DNA of 64,000 bases from Wickerhamiella versatilis. Taxonomy: Eukaryota. The DNA lies in assembly GCA_030867685.1 (NCBI GenBank), contig JAQOWU010000001.1, positions 992,001 to 1,056,000 of the forward strand, written 5' to 3'. Below the pieces are notes generated by a model. The model saw only the letters and a list, made by a program, of their open reading frames with translations. It was not told the origin of the DNA and did no database searches. The position numbers and the translations under genes are program-made. Below are positions 32,934-44,284 of the stretch, in pieces (the stretch's first letter is position 1; each line of letters begins with the position of its first letter).

Positions 32934-34502
32934 TCAAGCCTTGAATTTATTCGGCGAATTAACATTATCACTGTCGGCGACATCGGGATCTAGACCGAGA
33001 ATAGTTTCAGGACCAAAGACAGTTGCATCTGGTCCCTTATAAATTTTTCTGCCTCCAAGATACCATAAAGTGATAGCTAGAACTATCACGCCAACAAAGA
33101 AAACAACTGCATAGTTCATATCTTTAACAGTTACTGGGAGCTCTGTCGGCATAAAGAAAATAATTGATATGAAGATTGTCCATAGAGAAGCCCATAAATT
33201 CACAGGTATCGAAAATTTTCCCAAATTCCAGGGTCCAGGACGATATTCGCTAAAAACAAGTTTAGCGATAACAGGTATTACGTAGCTCCAATCGAGAGCA
33301 CAAGAACAGACATTAAAAATTGCATTTATGGTGGTGTCACTGCCTAAAGCTATAAGATTGATAGCAATGCATATGACAATATTAACCCAGACTGCAATTA
33401 TTGGCGTCTTTGTACGCTTATCCACTTTTGCTAGCCAGTGACCCACAAACGGGAACATTCCATCACGACCTTGAACCCACAACGTGCGTGCACTCGCATG
33501 GGCACCCGGTATGCCGACAAACAGATTGATAAGTAGCATTGCCAAGGAGAAAAATATTGCTCCACCTTTGCCGATGCTATTGTAATATATTATTGCCACT
33601 GGTTGTGTTTCATTCATAATCATTTTAGGATCACCCATACAAAAAGCAAGCACTATATTGTAAAGAAAGCCAAGAATCCAAGTCATGAGCATTCCCAGGC
33701 TTATAGCCCAGGGTGCTGTTAATTCAGGTCGAATGAGCTCATCACTGATTTGGCTTGTTGCAGCATAGTCTGTCATTACCCATGAACATTCGAGGGCTCC
33801 AAAAATAAACGAAAACCCTTTCGGCGTCCAACCAGAGCTACTCTCTACGTGGGTAAAAACATAATCAGCGTTGTTCTTCGGCGAAGTCTTTGCCAACAAC
33901 GCAATAGCACCTGACAACAAGCACGCAAAATGTAGTACCACATACCACTTCGTTATTCTTTCGAGCCATTTTGTCGGTAGCGTATTAACTATGCCAACAA
34001 AAACCATTAATCCCGCTTGTACTCCAACAATGTGCTTTGTGGTTGGTACATACGCAAAATCAGTACCCATAGACGCTATCTCGAGTAGCAATTCAGCAGC
34101 GCCGTAGATGGTAGAGCTCAAACCAGCAATCTGGCCGAGAATATTAAGCCATCCATCTGTCCAGGCCCATGCTGGGGCCCAACGAGCTGGAACAACCTGA
34201 GTACACGCATAGTATAAGCCACCGGATGTTGGATACGCACTAACAAGCTCGGCAACGGAGAGAGCGATACACATGCACCCTATACCTGCTATTAACCACA
34301 TCCAAACAATGCATGAAGCTCCACCAGCTATCAATGGGTACGTGAAGGAGGTTGCAATGGTGCCAAAGAGACCCGAGACTGAAACGGCAAATGAAAAAGC
34401 ACTGAAGAGCCCGAACTCTCGTCGCAGCTCCGACGGATATTCTGAGTGAATTACAGTCTCATTGTTTTTGCAATCAAATTCTGTAGATTCTTGGGATTCC
34501 AT
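32934..34502 (-). CDS. APC/ACT amino-acid, GABA or polyamine permease (Uga4/Hnm1/Tpo5-like)
   Basis: ELRREFGLFS, SVAELVSAYPTSGGLY, PGPWNLGKFS and MNYAVV; about 12 TM segments. Confidence 0.92.
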   Translation of the reverse strand: MESQESTEFDCKNNETVIHSEYPSELRREFGLFSAFSFAVSVSGLFGTIATSFTYPLIAGGASCIVWMWLIAGIGCMCIALSVAELVSAYPTSGGLYYACTQVVPARWAPAWAWTDGWLNILGQIAGLSSTIYGAAELLLEIASMGTDFAYVPTTKHIVGVQAGLMVFVGIVNTLPTKWLERITKWYVVLHFACLLSGAIALLAKTSPKNNADYVFTHVESSSGWTPKGFSFIFGALECSWVMTDYAATSQISDELIRPELTAPWAISLGMLMTWILGFLYNIVLAFCMGDPKMIMNETQPVAIIYYNSIGKGGAIFFSLAMLLINLFVGIPGAHASARTLWVQGRDGMFPFVGHWLAKVDKRTKTPIIAVWVNIVICIAINLIALGSDTTINAIFNVCSCALDWSYVIPVIAKLVFSEYRPGPWNLGKFSIPVNLWASLWTIFISIIFFMPTELPVTVKDMNYAVVFFVGVIVLAITLWYLGGRKIYKGPDATVFGPETILGLDPDVADSDNVNSPNKFKA

Positions 34503-34580
34503 CTCAGGACTTTTTCCACCTACTCTTACTATCGAGGTTTTATGTTATGTCATCTCAAGACATTTATTCAATAGCATTTA

Positions 34581-34782
34581 GATAAGATGAGGCAGCATTG
34601 AAAAAGAATCACACATTACTCATTGAATAAGACCTGTATGCATTACCGAGATATATTTTAACCATTCTGGGCTTCATTATAATGAATAAAGACATATAAG
34701 CTACTGTTATCTGGATAGGTCATATTTATTGATTTCCTATCTCCGCGAACCTTAGTCATCGAACACCGTTCCAGTAGATAAG
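34581..34782. promoter_or_regulatory. GATAAG elements in the divergent permease/dioxygenase promoter (possible nitrogen catabolite control)
   Basis: GATAAG at 34581-34586 and 34777-34782. Confidence 0.4.
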
Positions 34783-34994
34783 GGCTCAGGAAAGTGTTAA
34801 CAGCGCCATTCAATCCATAAATTCGCTAAATAATATATAATATCCTGCTCATTGCATGATATAATTCAGCAAATTCTGCCATCCTATGACATTTAATATA
34901 CCCCTCTAGCTCCGTTGTTATGACAAATTGAATTCCTATATGGCGCATATAAAAGCCCAATCCCACCCGATGGTATGTCATATCTATCTTCATC

Positions 34995-36023
34995 ATGGCT
35001 GTCGAGACCGCTAGTAGTCCTGATCCAATTCAATCTTTCGAACCATTGTCTACTAGTTCATGGAAGTATCAAAAACAAACGCTTGTTGAATTTGACTCCT
35101 CGAAACATCATCTTATTGAACCACCAGCTTGGAAGAAGCAACTTGAGGATTTAGGCTACAATAATGATGCTGGAATAAGTGAAATTGGCGTGACAGCACC
35201 GTTTCAGATGTTCAGCGATGAAGCTATTCGGCTCATGCGAAGAGATATACTCTCAAAGCCTGTCCAAGAGAATTGTATTTTTGCAAGCCCAAGATCTCCT
35301 TATATGATTAGAGGTTATGCCCCACGACATTCAAAGTTTATATATGATGCGTGGATGCATCCTAAAACTCTGGAGGCAGTTTCGCGGGCAGCCAATCTTG
35401 ATCTTGTTCCAGTATTTGACTATGAAATTGGTCACGTCAACATACAGCTTGGTGACAAAGGCTTTCAGGGTATCAGTGACCTGTCTGAGTTCCCTGAGCC
35501 ACCGCTACCACCAGTCGAGAAAAGTATTGACGAAGAAAAATGTGAGAAACCCGTTTTCAAATGGCATTATGACGACGAGCCCTTTGTAGCAGTCCTTATG
35601 CTTTCGGACATGAATACTGCAAAAGGTGGTGAAACAGCTGTAAGATGCGGAGACGGCAGTGTCCAAGTGGTACCTGGTCCAAACCTGGGTAAAATCGTAG
35701 TGATGCAGGGTTCAGCACTTTCTCATGTAGCCTTAAGAGCACACAATAGCAGTGAGAGGATTACGATGGTGACAAGTTTTCGACCTCGTAATCCAATGAT
35801 AAAAGACATGACAAGAATGACCCTCACCCACGAGTCATCGGATATGGAGATAATGGGAAAGCAATGGCTTCAGTATCGTCTTGAAACCCTTGCAAAGCGC
35901 TGCGCTCTCATGGCTGATAAGTTTTCAAAAACATTTTCTGAAGAAGAGGTGAAAAACTTCTGCTCAGATGAGATTCAGTGGCTGGAAGCGACCTACTACG
36001 AAGTTTTTAGGAATTCATTATAA
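34995..36023 (+). CDS. Fe(II)/2-oxoglutarate dioxygenase-fold protein
   Basis: WHYD (HxD), GGET, distal His in LSHVA and RITMVTSFR (2OG-binding Arg). Confidence 0.8.
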   Translation: MAVETASSPDPIQSFEPLSTSSWKYQKQTLVEFDSSKHHLIEPPAWKKQLEDLGYNNDAGISEIGVTAPFQMFSDEAIRLMRRDILSKPVQENCIFASPRSPYMIRGYAPRHSKFIYDAWMHPKTLEAVSRAANLDLVPVFDYEIGHVNIQLGDKGFQGISDLSEFPEPPLPPVEKSIDEEKCEKPVFKWHYDDEPFVAVLMLSDMNTAKGGETAVRCGDGSVQVVPGPNLGKIVVMQGSALSHVALRAHNSSERITMVTSFRPRNPMIKDMTRMTLTHESSDMEIMGKQWLQYRLETLAKRCALMADKFSKTFSEEEVKNFCSDEIQWLEATYYEVFRNSL

Positions 36024-36488
36024 TTGGATCTTAACTGTCTGACATTTACACACGCAGAATTATTGCTAGCTTCTTTGCGACTTTGATAATATTATGAGTT
36101 TCAAGGAACTTAAATTTGGCATTCATACGGTAGATGCTCTGATGGAAGCTGCTTCCGGCAGTTTATCCAGCATCGTGGCACTAGAAGAGCGACTGCGGGA
36201 CTTACTAGTCAATGAATACCGTGAGGCTAGATCTAAATAGTACTAGGCTTAAGAAACGCGGTAGTACATCTTATTATGTTCATGAAACTAATGTGGTAAT
36301 CAATTAGTTTTTATTAAGTCAGCCTAATTTCGCATCGAGAGATTACTTATGCCCAACATAATCTCTACTTGTACTTCACCTAAAATGATGTCCATATATT
36401 TGCGTGATACCATTTTCTCCTCTTTTTTTTAGGAGCACTAGACAAGTCAAATTTATCTTTTGACTGTTTCTATTGTTCTCACTATCAT

Positions 36489-36680
36489 GTGGGCTTATAT
36501 AATATTCCAGAAGAAGGCTGGATGGCGATTAGATATCAAGTAACGAATCCTGGTGCTTTTCTACTGCATTGTCATGTCCAAACTCACTTTGCAGGAGGTA
36601 TGGGTGTTGTTCTGCTTGATGCACCGAGAGAGATTCCACCCCTTCCCGCGTACTATGCTGACTTTAATTCTGTATCCTAG
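36489..36680 (+). pseudogene. C-terminal fragment of a laccase-like multicopper oxidase
   Basis: WMAIRYQVTNPGAFLLHCHVQTHFAGGM is the L4 copper motif HCHxxxHxxxxM. There is no ATG start and no room for the rest of the gene after 36023. Confidence 0.82.
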
Positions 36681-37556
36681 GATATTCTGTGCTATAATTG
36701 ATGATCAGACTTATACTTTCTAGTAGCTCGAACACTACCTGACGTAAAACAAGACTGACCGCACTACACTATGTTGGATACCATCAATATTTAAGCTTTC
36801 ACTCCTGCCGTGAATACTAGCATCTGATACTAATTCAGTCTAGGTATGCTCATAAAATAAGAAATTAAAAGCTAGAACTGAGAATCTAGAACTCTACTCT
36901 ATCAGGAAGCACCCTATTTTGCTCAGTCAACTTTTGGTATGTTGTGTTTCTCTGTACTACGTCTTCAAGAATACTTGTATCAATATGTGAAAGAGAGCCG
37001 CCGACAAATCGGTGAAAAAATTTCTTTGTCAAAATATAATCTTTTTTGTCTGACCCGACATCATAGTAGAATAAAGATCATTTGCTGGACTCTCACAATA
37101 TGAATTATGATTGCGGTCTATAGTAGCATCAACGTAAACTGCAACACCTAGTTCATAAATAACCCTAAATATTTCTATTGATAATAACGTGATCAGCCCA
37201 TTAAGTCTAGCATGTACATAGCGATTGTAATGGCTTGCTAGTTTGAATGGTCCCAGAGAAATATAATGTGATGGCTTACGCCTAACATCATTTACTTTTT
37301 TCAAGCTATGCTGTCCGTTAACATGGTTTGTCGATCTCATTTTCTGCAAGCAATACAAAATATCTGGGGATTCAAGAGACTTATGTTAGAGGCATTGAGC
37401 TTTCCTTGCCAATAGCTCTAGCACGATAAAAATGATTCAAAAGCCGTTGCATATTATAATTCATTAACCGAGCCCTGTTGAACGCCGTAAGGTACCTGGT
37501 AAAATGAAAGTCTATATTTATGTAGTTCATGACTTTCGATGCTCTTAGTCCTCGAT

Positions 37557-38060
37557 CTAGCCACAATTTTCAGTGCTCTGACTTATGGTTCTATCGTCCG
37601 AATCAAGGTCTATCTTCCAGATCAAGTCGTATCGGTCATGAGGATAAGAAGGAACATCTTTGACACCCAGCTTATCGACTATGTCTGAAAGAGCAGAATG
37701 TTCCCAACATATCAGAATGTTTTTGTCACCAGAATATTTGTCAACCTTTTTACGAACGCACTTTGGCTTATCTCTGTCGCAGTCATGATCAACAGTAAGA
37801 CCCAACTTGTCAGCCAGTGGTTTTACAGTATCATATGGGCGCTTCCGCTTTCCGTTAGATTTGTAGTCCTGAGCCAATATGTAGCCGATATTGTAGTCAG
37901 AATTGGGGCCAAACTCATTAGACACGCAATCAGCACGTTTCTCGCCTTGCGCGCTCAGTCCAGTGCCACCATCCGAGGGCTTCTCACCGTGGCGAATAAG
38001 GTATACATATTTAGCCATAGCGCAAGAAACAAACACAAGGTAGATGTTCCACAAAAGCAT
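37557..38060 (-). CDS. Small secreted histidine-phosphatase (phosphoglycerate mutase superfamily) protein
   Basis: ATG at 38060, signal peptide MLLWNIYLVFVSCAMA, LIRHGEKP, RPYDTVKPLA and ICWEH. Confidence 0.87.
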   Translation of the reverse strand: MLLWNIYLVFVSCAMAKYVYLIRHGEKPSDGGTGLSAQGEKRADCVSNEFGPNSDYNIGYILAQDYKSNGKRKRPYDTVKPLADKLGLTVDHDCDRDKPKCVRKKVDKYSGDKNILICWEHSALSDIVDKLGVKDVPSYPHDRYDLIWKIDLDSDDRTISQSTENCG

Positions 38061-38112
38061 GCAATCGAACACCCCTTTTGTCAGTGATTTATATAAGTGA
38101 TGTTTCGTTGGT

Positions 38113-38121
38113 CCCACGTGG
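38113..38121. promoter_or_regulatory. Pho4-type E-box CCCACGTGG
   Basis: CACGTG at 38115-38120, about 55 bp upstream of the histidine-phosphatase ATG, just beyond a TATA-like element. Confidence 0.5.
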
Positions 38122-40975
38122 CTCAAGAATTAGCGTAAGGTATTACAAATACTTAGAATATCGGGTTGTTCCGGCATGGCATGAAAGCCATAACTTTGGT
38201 ATTCTGGGAAATGGTAATAAATCGAGTTATTATATGTCCCTGACATGTATTCAATAGAAGAATCACCAAGTGCTTTTGAAAAACTAGTTTCAAATTATTC
38301 CGATTATAGATGTTGATTTTATAATCATCTCTTCTTATAAGCCGACGATTAACAGACATGCAAGGAGATGGTCTCTATATTGACAATCTCTGTTTATCCG
38401 TATTGAATGATTCAGTCGATAATGTACCGTAGCGTCTGCCATTGGCAACTAAATTATACTTTTGGGATATTCAGTAATGAAGGTAGCTGGCATCGTCGGT
38501 TAACGAAATATAATCTTGTTATTTATGATGATCCACTTGACCGAGTGTTTGAACTGGATTTTAGTTAGTCAGAAGTTGTCAGAGGCCAATCTACTTATTT
38601 CATCAACCAAAAATTCCTCTGCTATAGAGCCTAAATAAACACTCCTAATCATCCAGCAAAGTGTGTATTTACTATATAAAGCTATCGTCTTGCATTATAC
38701 CAGTTATCTAGTTTGCACCATTGAATCTTAAGGTGATGCAAGGTATTCATTTGGCTAACTGAGACTACGCATACAATAATATGGTATCAACTTTTCCGAG
38801 ACAATTGCTGGCCTGTCTCATACCTGCTCTTCTAAGTGACGTGGTGAGTTAGCGAGAACCGCTCGCTGCATACTGCATGGTATATGCATCGTCATGCATT
38901 CAGCTCCTATATAGCATCTTATGTATTTGGAGCTGGGTTGGCAGGAGACCAGCTCCAAGCTTTTAGTAATACTTGCACCGGCGTTGCTTTCAGCGAATTC
39001 GGTCTATAAACGGTAGAACACTATTGGGCTATGGAGTAGAGCAGAAATGAAAGTTGACATATATGACGAGTAATACGTTTGAGTCCTGCTGCTACGTTTA
39101 ATACCCCTTGAATGGAAATAAAACATCACTCTCCAGTAATGAAAATATATTGCAAGTAAGACAAAGTCTCTCATGGGTATTCCACTACGGACGGTTCTAT
39201 CACTACCAATAGTTGGTCCTAGCGTTTGTGACAAAATAAGTGTAGACCTGCATATAAGTAGGCATATTTTAGCGATAGCTCTAATTGAGATCCATATGTA
39301 CGAATACATCTAAAGTCGAGTCGCGAATAGAAATCAATGCTTACTCGAGCAACCGCTTGTCAGCCAGATGCTATATGGTAAAAACGACTATTAGTGACAG
39401 CTACGTATCCTATATTGATAACTTATCCAGCTTATCAGCTCAGTAGGTATATGTGTAGTATGTATCCTTAGCTTTGACGTCTTCGCAAAATACGTATTAA
39501 GATGCGTTCTCAACAGGTAAATAGCATTATGTTCAAGACCTACGTTCATCCTGATATCCCCTAAATGTCAATAACCTTAACTTATCATGGCTGTAACTGT
39601 CTATACACACGATCTTTGAGAAGCGAAAAACCTTTGAACAGTCACTCTTGTATGCCACTGTACGGTACTCATAAATATATAATTACCGCTGTTTTAACGG
39701 TCGATTGAGGTTTATAGCAGTTTCTTGGTTTCAGTCAGGATGCAGCATGGCCCTATTCACCACCCAAGACTACGGACAAATTTATCAGCATGATACAAAA
39801 TTCCATCGTTCGCGATACTAGTTGGATGAGAGAACACAGCACCTTCACCTCTATATCATTTACCCTAGTACCTATCTCCGTGCAGCTACAAGAGTAATGT
39901 CCTATGCGAGGCTAGTGATACCTAATAGTCTATACTTTTCTGAGTCTAAGAACCAGCAGACTGGACTATCCCGGAATGCTTCTTAGGGCTGCTGTCAAAA
40001 TGAGACATGATTGGTAATATATAGAGTGGAGCACTTTGAAAGATAGCCAAATCGAGGATGAAGGCCAAATCCCGCTGAAAAGAGGGACATATATTGTGCA
40101 AAGAACCTTAATTGCAGAAATATGGATATCATTAAATACTTGTTAAGTCCTGCAACATACCTGCCCACGTCAAGATTATTCTTATCTAGGTCTGCGGTAT
40201 GTAGTGACTAACGCATACCTGCAGCATACTGTAATCACTCAAAAGCTTCTCTAATTTAAATATGTTTTGTAATAAATAAAGGCTTTCACTAAATTATATT
40301 ATAGTCGAGATATCTCTAGCCTTTCCTGTGGGATTAAGTCTTCGATTTTGCTGAACTTTACTCTTATGCTTTACTATAGGTTTTAACTGTTCTCTGGTTG
40401 AACAATGCACCAACGAATCCTGAGTATGCTTTACTACTTCAGCTTATTCAAACAGTTAATTTTGGCTTCACTACCATGCACTTGACAAGACACTCTCTAG
40501 GTGCTGAGACCATCCAGGTGTGTTGTCAAGTTGGAAGCCCTCTAGGAGAAATAGCATACTCTTAAATAAGATATGAAAGATCTACGGAAAGAAAATTTTG
40601 TTGGTACAGTTTAATTTTGCTTGAAACGTTCCAGAGAATTGACCAATCCACCTATAGCAACTGTGAGCACTAAACACCTTGCATTATGGCTGATTTTACT
40701 CTGAGAAAGAAAAAAGTAGCCAGATTAGGATTATCTAACAAAACCTGAGTTTTGAAAAGCATATTATTCCTATGTTATTGGTGACTAAACTAATGATAAC
40801 ATTGATAAACATTGCAGTGCTTATATATATACGGTTGAAGGTTGGCTCCATGTAATCTAGTACTATTACTGGGACCACCTGGTGCAGGCTGATCCTATAA
40901 ACTTCAGCCAATATTTCATGAGCAGCACCCAAGTCACTTGAGAGTGCTACTATTAGGGTCTTTTTTCGTATCTCA

Positions 40976-41003
40976 TCATCGGAATGTCATCACATTCCGA
41001 TGA
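40976..41003. promoter_or_regulatory. Perfect 12-bp inverted repeat upstream of the yapsin
   Basis: TCATCGGAATGT-CATC-ACATTCCGATGA. Confidence 0.6.
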
Positions 41004-41091
41004 CATGATACGCATAGCCTTTCCTATATAGGTGCAGATCCTATAACAATATTCTACAAACTATCCAATTGACAACTTCCAAAAAGGATCA

Positions 41092-43344
41092 ATGGAGAAA
41101 TTTATCCTGGCAACTTTGCTTATCGGTGGTGCTTTAGCCGAACCTATCGAGCTTTCTGCGTACTCAACCAAAGGACAGCACCATACCAATAAGAACTCTT
41201 TCCACATGGATGCATACAAGCGTTTACCACCAGTAAAGGTCGAGAATGAGTTCTACTATTATCAGCTGACAGCGGATATGGGGACCCCTAAACAACCGAT
41301 TACCTTCCTACTGGATACTGGATCGAGCGACGTATGGGCCATGGCCTCTTCCAATCCTTTTTGCTATACTGGTGAATTTAATTGCGACGGCCTCGTTTTT
41401 AATCCTGAAGCGTCTTCGACATTTCAGAATACGTCACAAGACTTCAAAATCAGGTGTAAGTTTAAATGTCACAAAGACATGACTATAAGATCAGAGACTA
41501 ACTATACAGATGGTGATTATACAGCAGCGAATGGAACTATCATAAGGGACACACTCAGTTTTGGCGGTATAACGTTAGACAATGCAGAGATGGCTCTGGC
41601 ATACTCATCCAACTCTACCCCGGTCGTCTTCGGAATCGGGCTTCCTCAAAATGAAGCAACAAATAAATTGGATTGCAGTAATCCAGATGGGTCATGCGTG
41701 TTTAAACACCAATATATCAATACGGCTGAGCAGATTGCTGACCAGTACAATGATGGTTACAGCGTATACTCCTTCTACTTCAACAATGGGGTAAGAGCTG
41801 CCGAGGGAAACCCAGGACAGATTATTTTCGGAGGTATGGATACCAAGAAATTCAAGGGTGGCATGTCCATAGTACCCCTGATCAATTACTACCGACAAAT
41901 TGGATATAATATCTCTAACCCTGTGGATTTCAGTATCATGTTAAACGGCGTCTACACTGAGGACGGTTGTGACTTGATTAGTGGCTTCTCTATAGCTGCT
42001 CTGCTCGACTCGGGAACATCCTACGGTTATCTACCCGATCAAGTTGTGGAATCGATAGGAGAGTCTATAGGCTACGAGTACAACGCTGATCAGGGTGTAT
42101 ACACAGGATCTTGTACAAACCTTCTACTGGACACCATTTATCTGGATTTCAGCGGCAAAAATATTTCGGTACCAACAGCCCAGTTACTGGACTATTTATA
42201 TGAGGATGATGACAGTACATGTATGCTCGCGATCATACCTTCTGGTGATATAGGAAGTACCGGAGGCAAGGTTGGAAACATAATCGGTGATGTTTTGTTA
42301 CGGTCGCTATATGTGGTTTACGACTTAACGCATTACGAGCTTGGGATTGCTCAGGCTAAGCCCAATGTAACAGATTCGGAAATTCAACCGCTAACTAAAA
42401 GAATTGAGGGAGCTACTAGGGCTCCTCGATATTCTTCAGTTTTACTCAATGGAAAATATAGAAAAGATTCCTCCTGCAAAATAGCTGCAACTAGCACCCG
42501 ACCTGCCGCATCTAGTGTCGTGAGCAGTTCGAGGGTGTCTTCGACGGGCCGCAACAGAACAGTGTCATCAAAATCAATTCCTGTATTGAGTTCTTCTAGT
42601 ACAGTACCCTTAGCATCAGTCTCGACCTCAAAGCCGATCCCAAGATCTAAGTCGGGATCGATTAGCATATTCAGTTCATCAGCGGCAGCTTCAATCTCGG
42701 CATTCGTCCCAGCATCTAAATCAATTAATCGTGACTCGGATATTCCAACTTCAACGTCAGAGTCAATCGCGGATTCCGTGCCAAGTCATGCAAGTGCTTC
42801 TGCGTCTGCCCCTGCTTCTCCATCGAAGTCTGAGCCAGCAAGAGTTTCAATTTTTACTACGACTGTATCATCTTTTACAACGTTTTGCCCATCTTCAACT
42901 CAATTTACGGTTAATGGAGGGATCTACACAGCTTCTGCCTCGGAAACACTAACCATTACAAATTGCCCGTGCACGCTCACCGGTAGGGCGTCTGGACTAG
43001 CCTTAAGCGAGGACTCTCCGACATTTAAAGTGTCCTCTTACTCTACCAAAGAGCCAGCTATCTCATCAGTAACCCCGTCATTGTTGGCAAATGGTCTTTC
43101 TGTATCTCCAGAAGTTGTGCCTACCACGTATGCTGTGTCGCGAATACTTTCCAGTGAACAGTCTCCAGAGAAACCACTGTCTAGCTCTACTACTATCAAG
43201 GAGCCAAACTCAATGAGCTCAATACCCCATAAACAACAAGTTACTGCGAGTGCTGCTGCCGTTGATACCAACAACGCATCTACAAGGAAACCGATTTATC
43301 TCCTTTCATGGGTCGTACCCTTAATCCAGTACTTGATTCTCTAG
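41092..43344 (+). CDS. GPI-anchored aspartyl protease (yapsin); exons 41092-41455 and 41510-43344
   Basis: Signal peptide, KR pro-site, LLDTGSSD and LLDSGTS catalytic motifs, Ser/Thr stalk, a cell-wall mannoprotein-type repeat (FTTFCP...TLTITNCPCT) and a hydrophobic GPI tail. Confidence 0.93.
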   Translation: MEKFILATLLIGGALAEPIELSAYSTKGQHHTNKNSFHMDAYKRLPPVKVENEFYYYQLTADMGTPKQPITFLLDTGSSDVWAMASSNPFCYTGEFNCDGLVFNPEASSTFQNTSQDFKIRCKFKCHKDMTIRSETNYTDGDYTAANGTIIRDTLSFGGITLDNAEMALAYSSNSTPVVFGIGLPQNEATNKLDCSNPDGSCVFKHQYINTAEQIADQYNDGYSVYSFYFNNGVRAAEGNPGQIIFGGMDTKKFKGGMSIVPLINYYRQIGYNISNPVDFSIMLNGVYTEDGCDLISGFSIAALLDSGTSYGYLPDQVVESIGESIGYEYNADQGVYTGSCTNLLLDTIYLDFSGKNISVPTAQLLDYLYEDDDSTCMLAIIPSGDIGSTGGKVGNIIGDVLLRSLYVVYDLTHYELGIAQAKPNVTDSEIQPLTKRIEGATRAPRYSSVLLNGKYRKDSSCKIAATSTRPAASSVVSSSRVSSTGRNRTVSSKSIPVLSSSSTVPLASVSTSKPIPRSKSGSISIFSSSAAASISAFVPASKSINRDSDIPTSTSESIADSVPSHASASASAPASPSKSEPARVSIFTTTVSSFTTFCPSSTQFTVNGGIYTASASETLTITNCPCTLTGRASGLALSEDSPTFKVSSYSTKEPAISSVTPSLLANGLSVSPEVVPTTYAVSRILSSEQSPEKPLSSSTTIKEPNSMSSIPHKQQVTASAAAVDTNNASTRKPIYLLSWVVPLIQYLIL
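41456..41509 (+). other. 54-nt spliceosomal intron (in frame, stop-free)
   Basis: GTAAGT donor, GACTAAC branch point at 41496-41502 and CAG acceptor. Removal restores the FKIRYGD flap motif. Confidence 0.88.
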
Positions 43345-43756
43345 CCCTAATACAAGGTGCGGCATAGATTATTGCTTTAAGATTCCTACAGATTGAACTA
43401 ATAAATTTGTTATGTACGAAACATTAGGACTACTTTCTTTTTGGAAACATGAAGGCCTCTACCATCATTAATGCGAGTCTGCGTAAAACTCGTCAGATGA
43501 CATCACACATTCTATTTTTTAAGGAATATAGTTCACCAAACAGGCAATATTTTCCTTCAGACTATTAGCATTTTTCATTTTATGGTGACTTGGCGGGTTA
43601 TCAAAGAACCACTTTTCTTACCCTGTTTGTGCTTCTGTTTCCAGAAATAATTGGTATTGTATTCTCGAACATTTCTGAAACTCTATGTTCCACAAGTTTA
43701 TTATCTCTGTGAAGATGTTTTTTTTCAGGGAAATGAATCACTACTAGCTATCCTAT

Positions 43757-44284
43757 TTAGTGAAACGCTCTAGAGTCGGCTTTACCAATATATTCAGCTG
43801 TAAAATCATCAACTCTCTCGAGTATGAAAAAATAATGCTTTCCATCTTGAATAATCTCGGGAAGATTTGGTGTGGTCTTACCATTCATGACACCGAAAAG
43901 AGTGTCATTATCTACCTTTCGTAAATGGTCAAAAACAGGAACGCCGTCGTAAACCATGGTTCCTGAAACCTTTCCTCTGAACTCAACCATCCATAATGAG
44001 GCCTCGCCATCGAATTGTGTATCAGAAAATAGCTTATTGTCATCATTTAAGCACATCAATGGACGTGCATCGAGTTGACTTGCATACCACTTACCGACCC
44101 ACCTCATATCCTTCAGGGAACGTCCAACCCAATGACCAACACAGTCGATACCAGTGCCCTTCCACTTACCAAGCATTTCTTCAACCGTCACTGGAGGTAA
44201 TTTATCATAAAATTCGAAAAGCTCCTCGTTGCCATCGAATGATTTTTTCTGAATTTCGTTCAATTCACCCCTGTAATTTGTCAT
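43757..44284 (-). CDS. GXWXG/DUF4334-domain protein
   Basis: FYDKLPPV..EMLGKWKG, WVGKWY, ASLWMVEFRGKVSGTMVYDGVPVFDHLRKVD and GVMNGK. Confidence 0.87.
   Translation of the reverse strand: MTNYRGELNEIQKKSFDGNEELFEFYDKLPPVTVEEMLGKWKGTGIDCVGHWVGRSLKDMRWVGKWYASQLDARPLMCLNDDNKLFSDTQFDGEASLWMVEFRGKVSGTMVYDGVPVFDHLRKVDNDTLFGVMNGKTTPNLPEIIQDGKHYFFILERVDDFTAEYIGKADSRAFH

Noticed and set aside
38130-41090. Long intergenic gaps (also 8.0-9.9, 13.5-15.4, 16.4-18.4 and 30.8-32.9 kb) as LTR/transposon relics, tRNAs or snoRNAs
   Set aside because: By eye I found no terminal repeats, transposase/RT motifs, cloverleafs or paired C/D boxes. A repeat and Rfam search is needed to exclude them.
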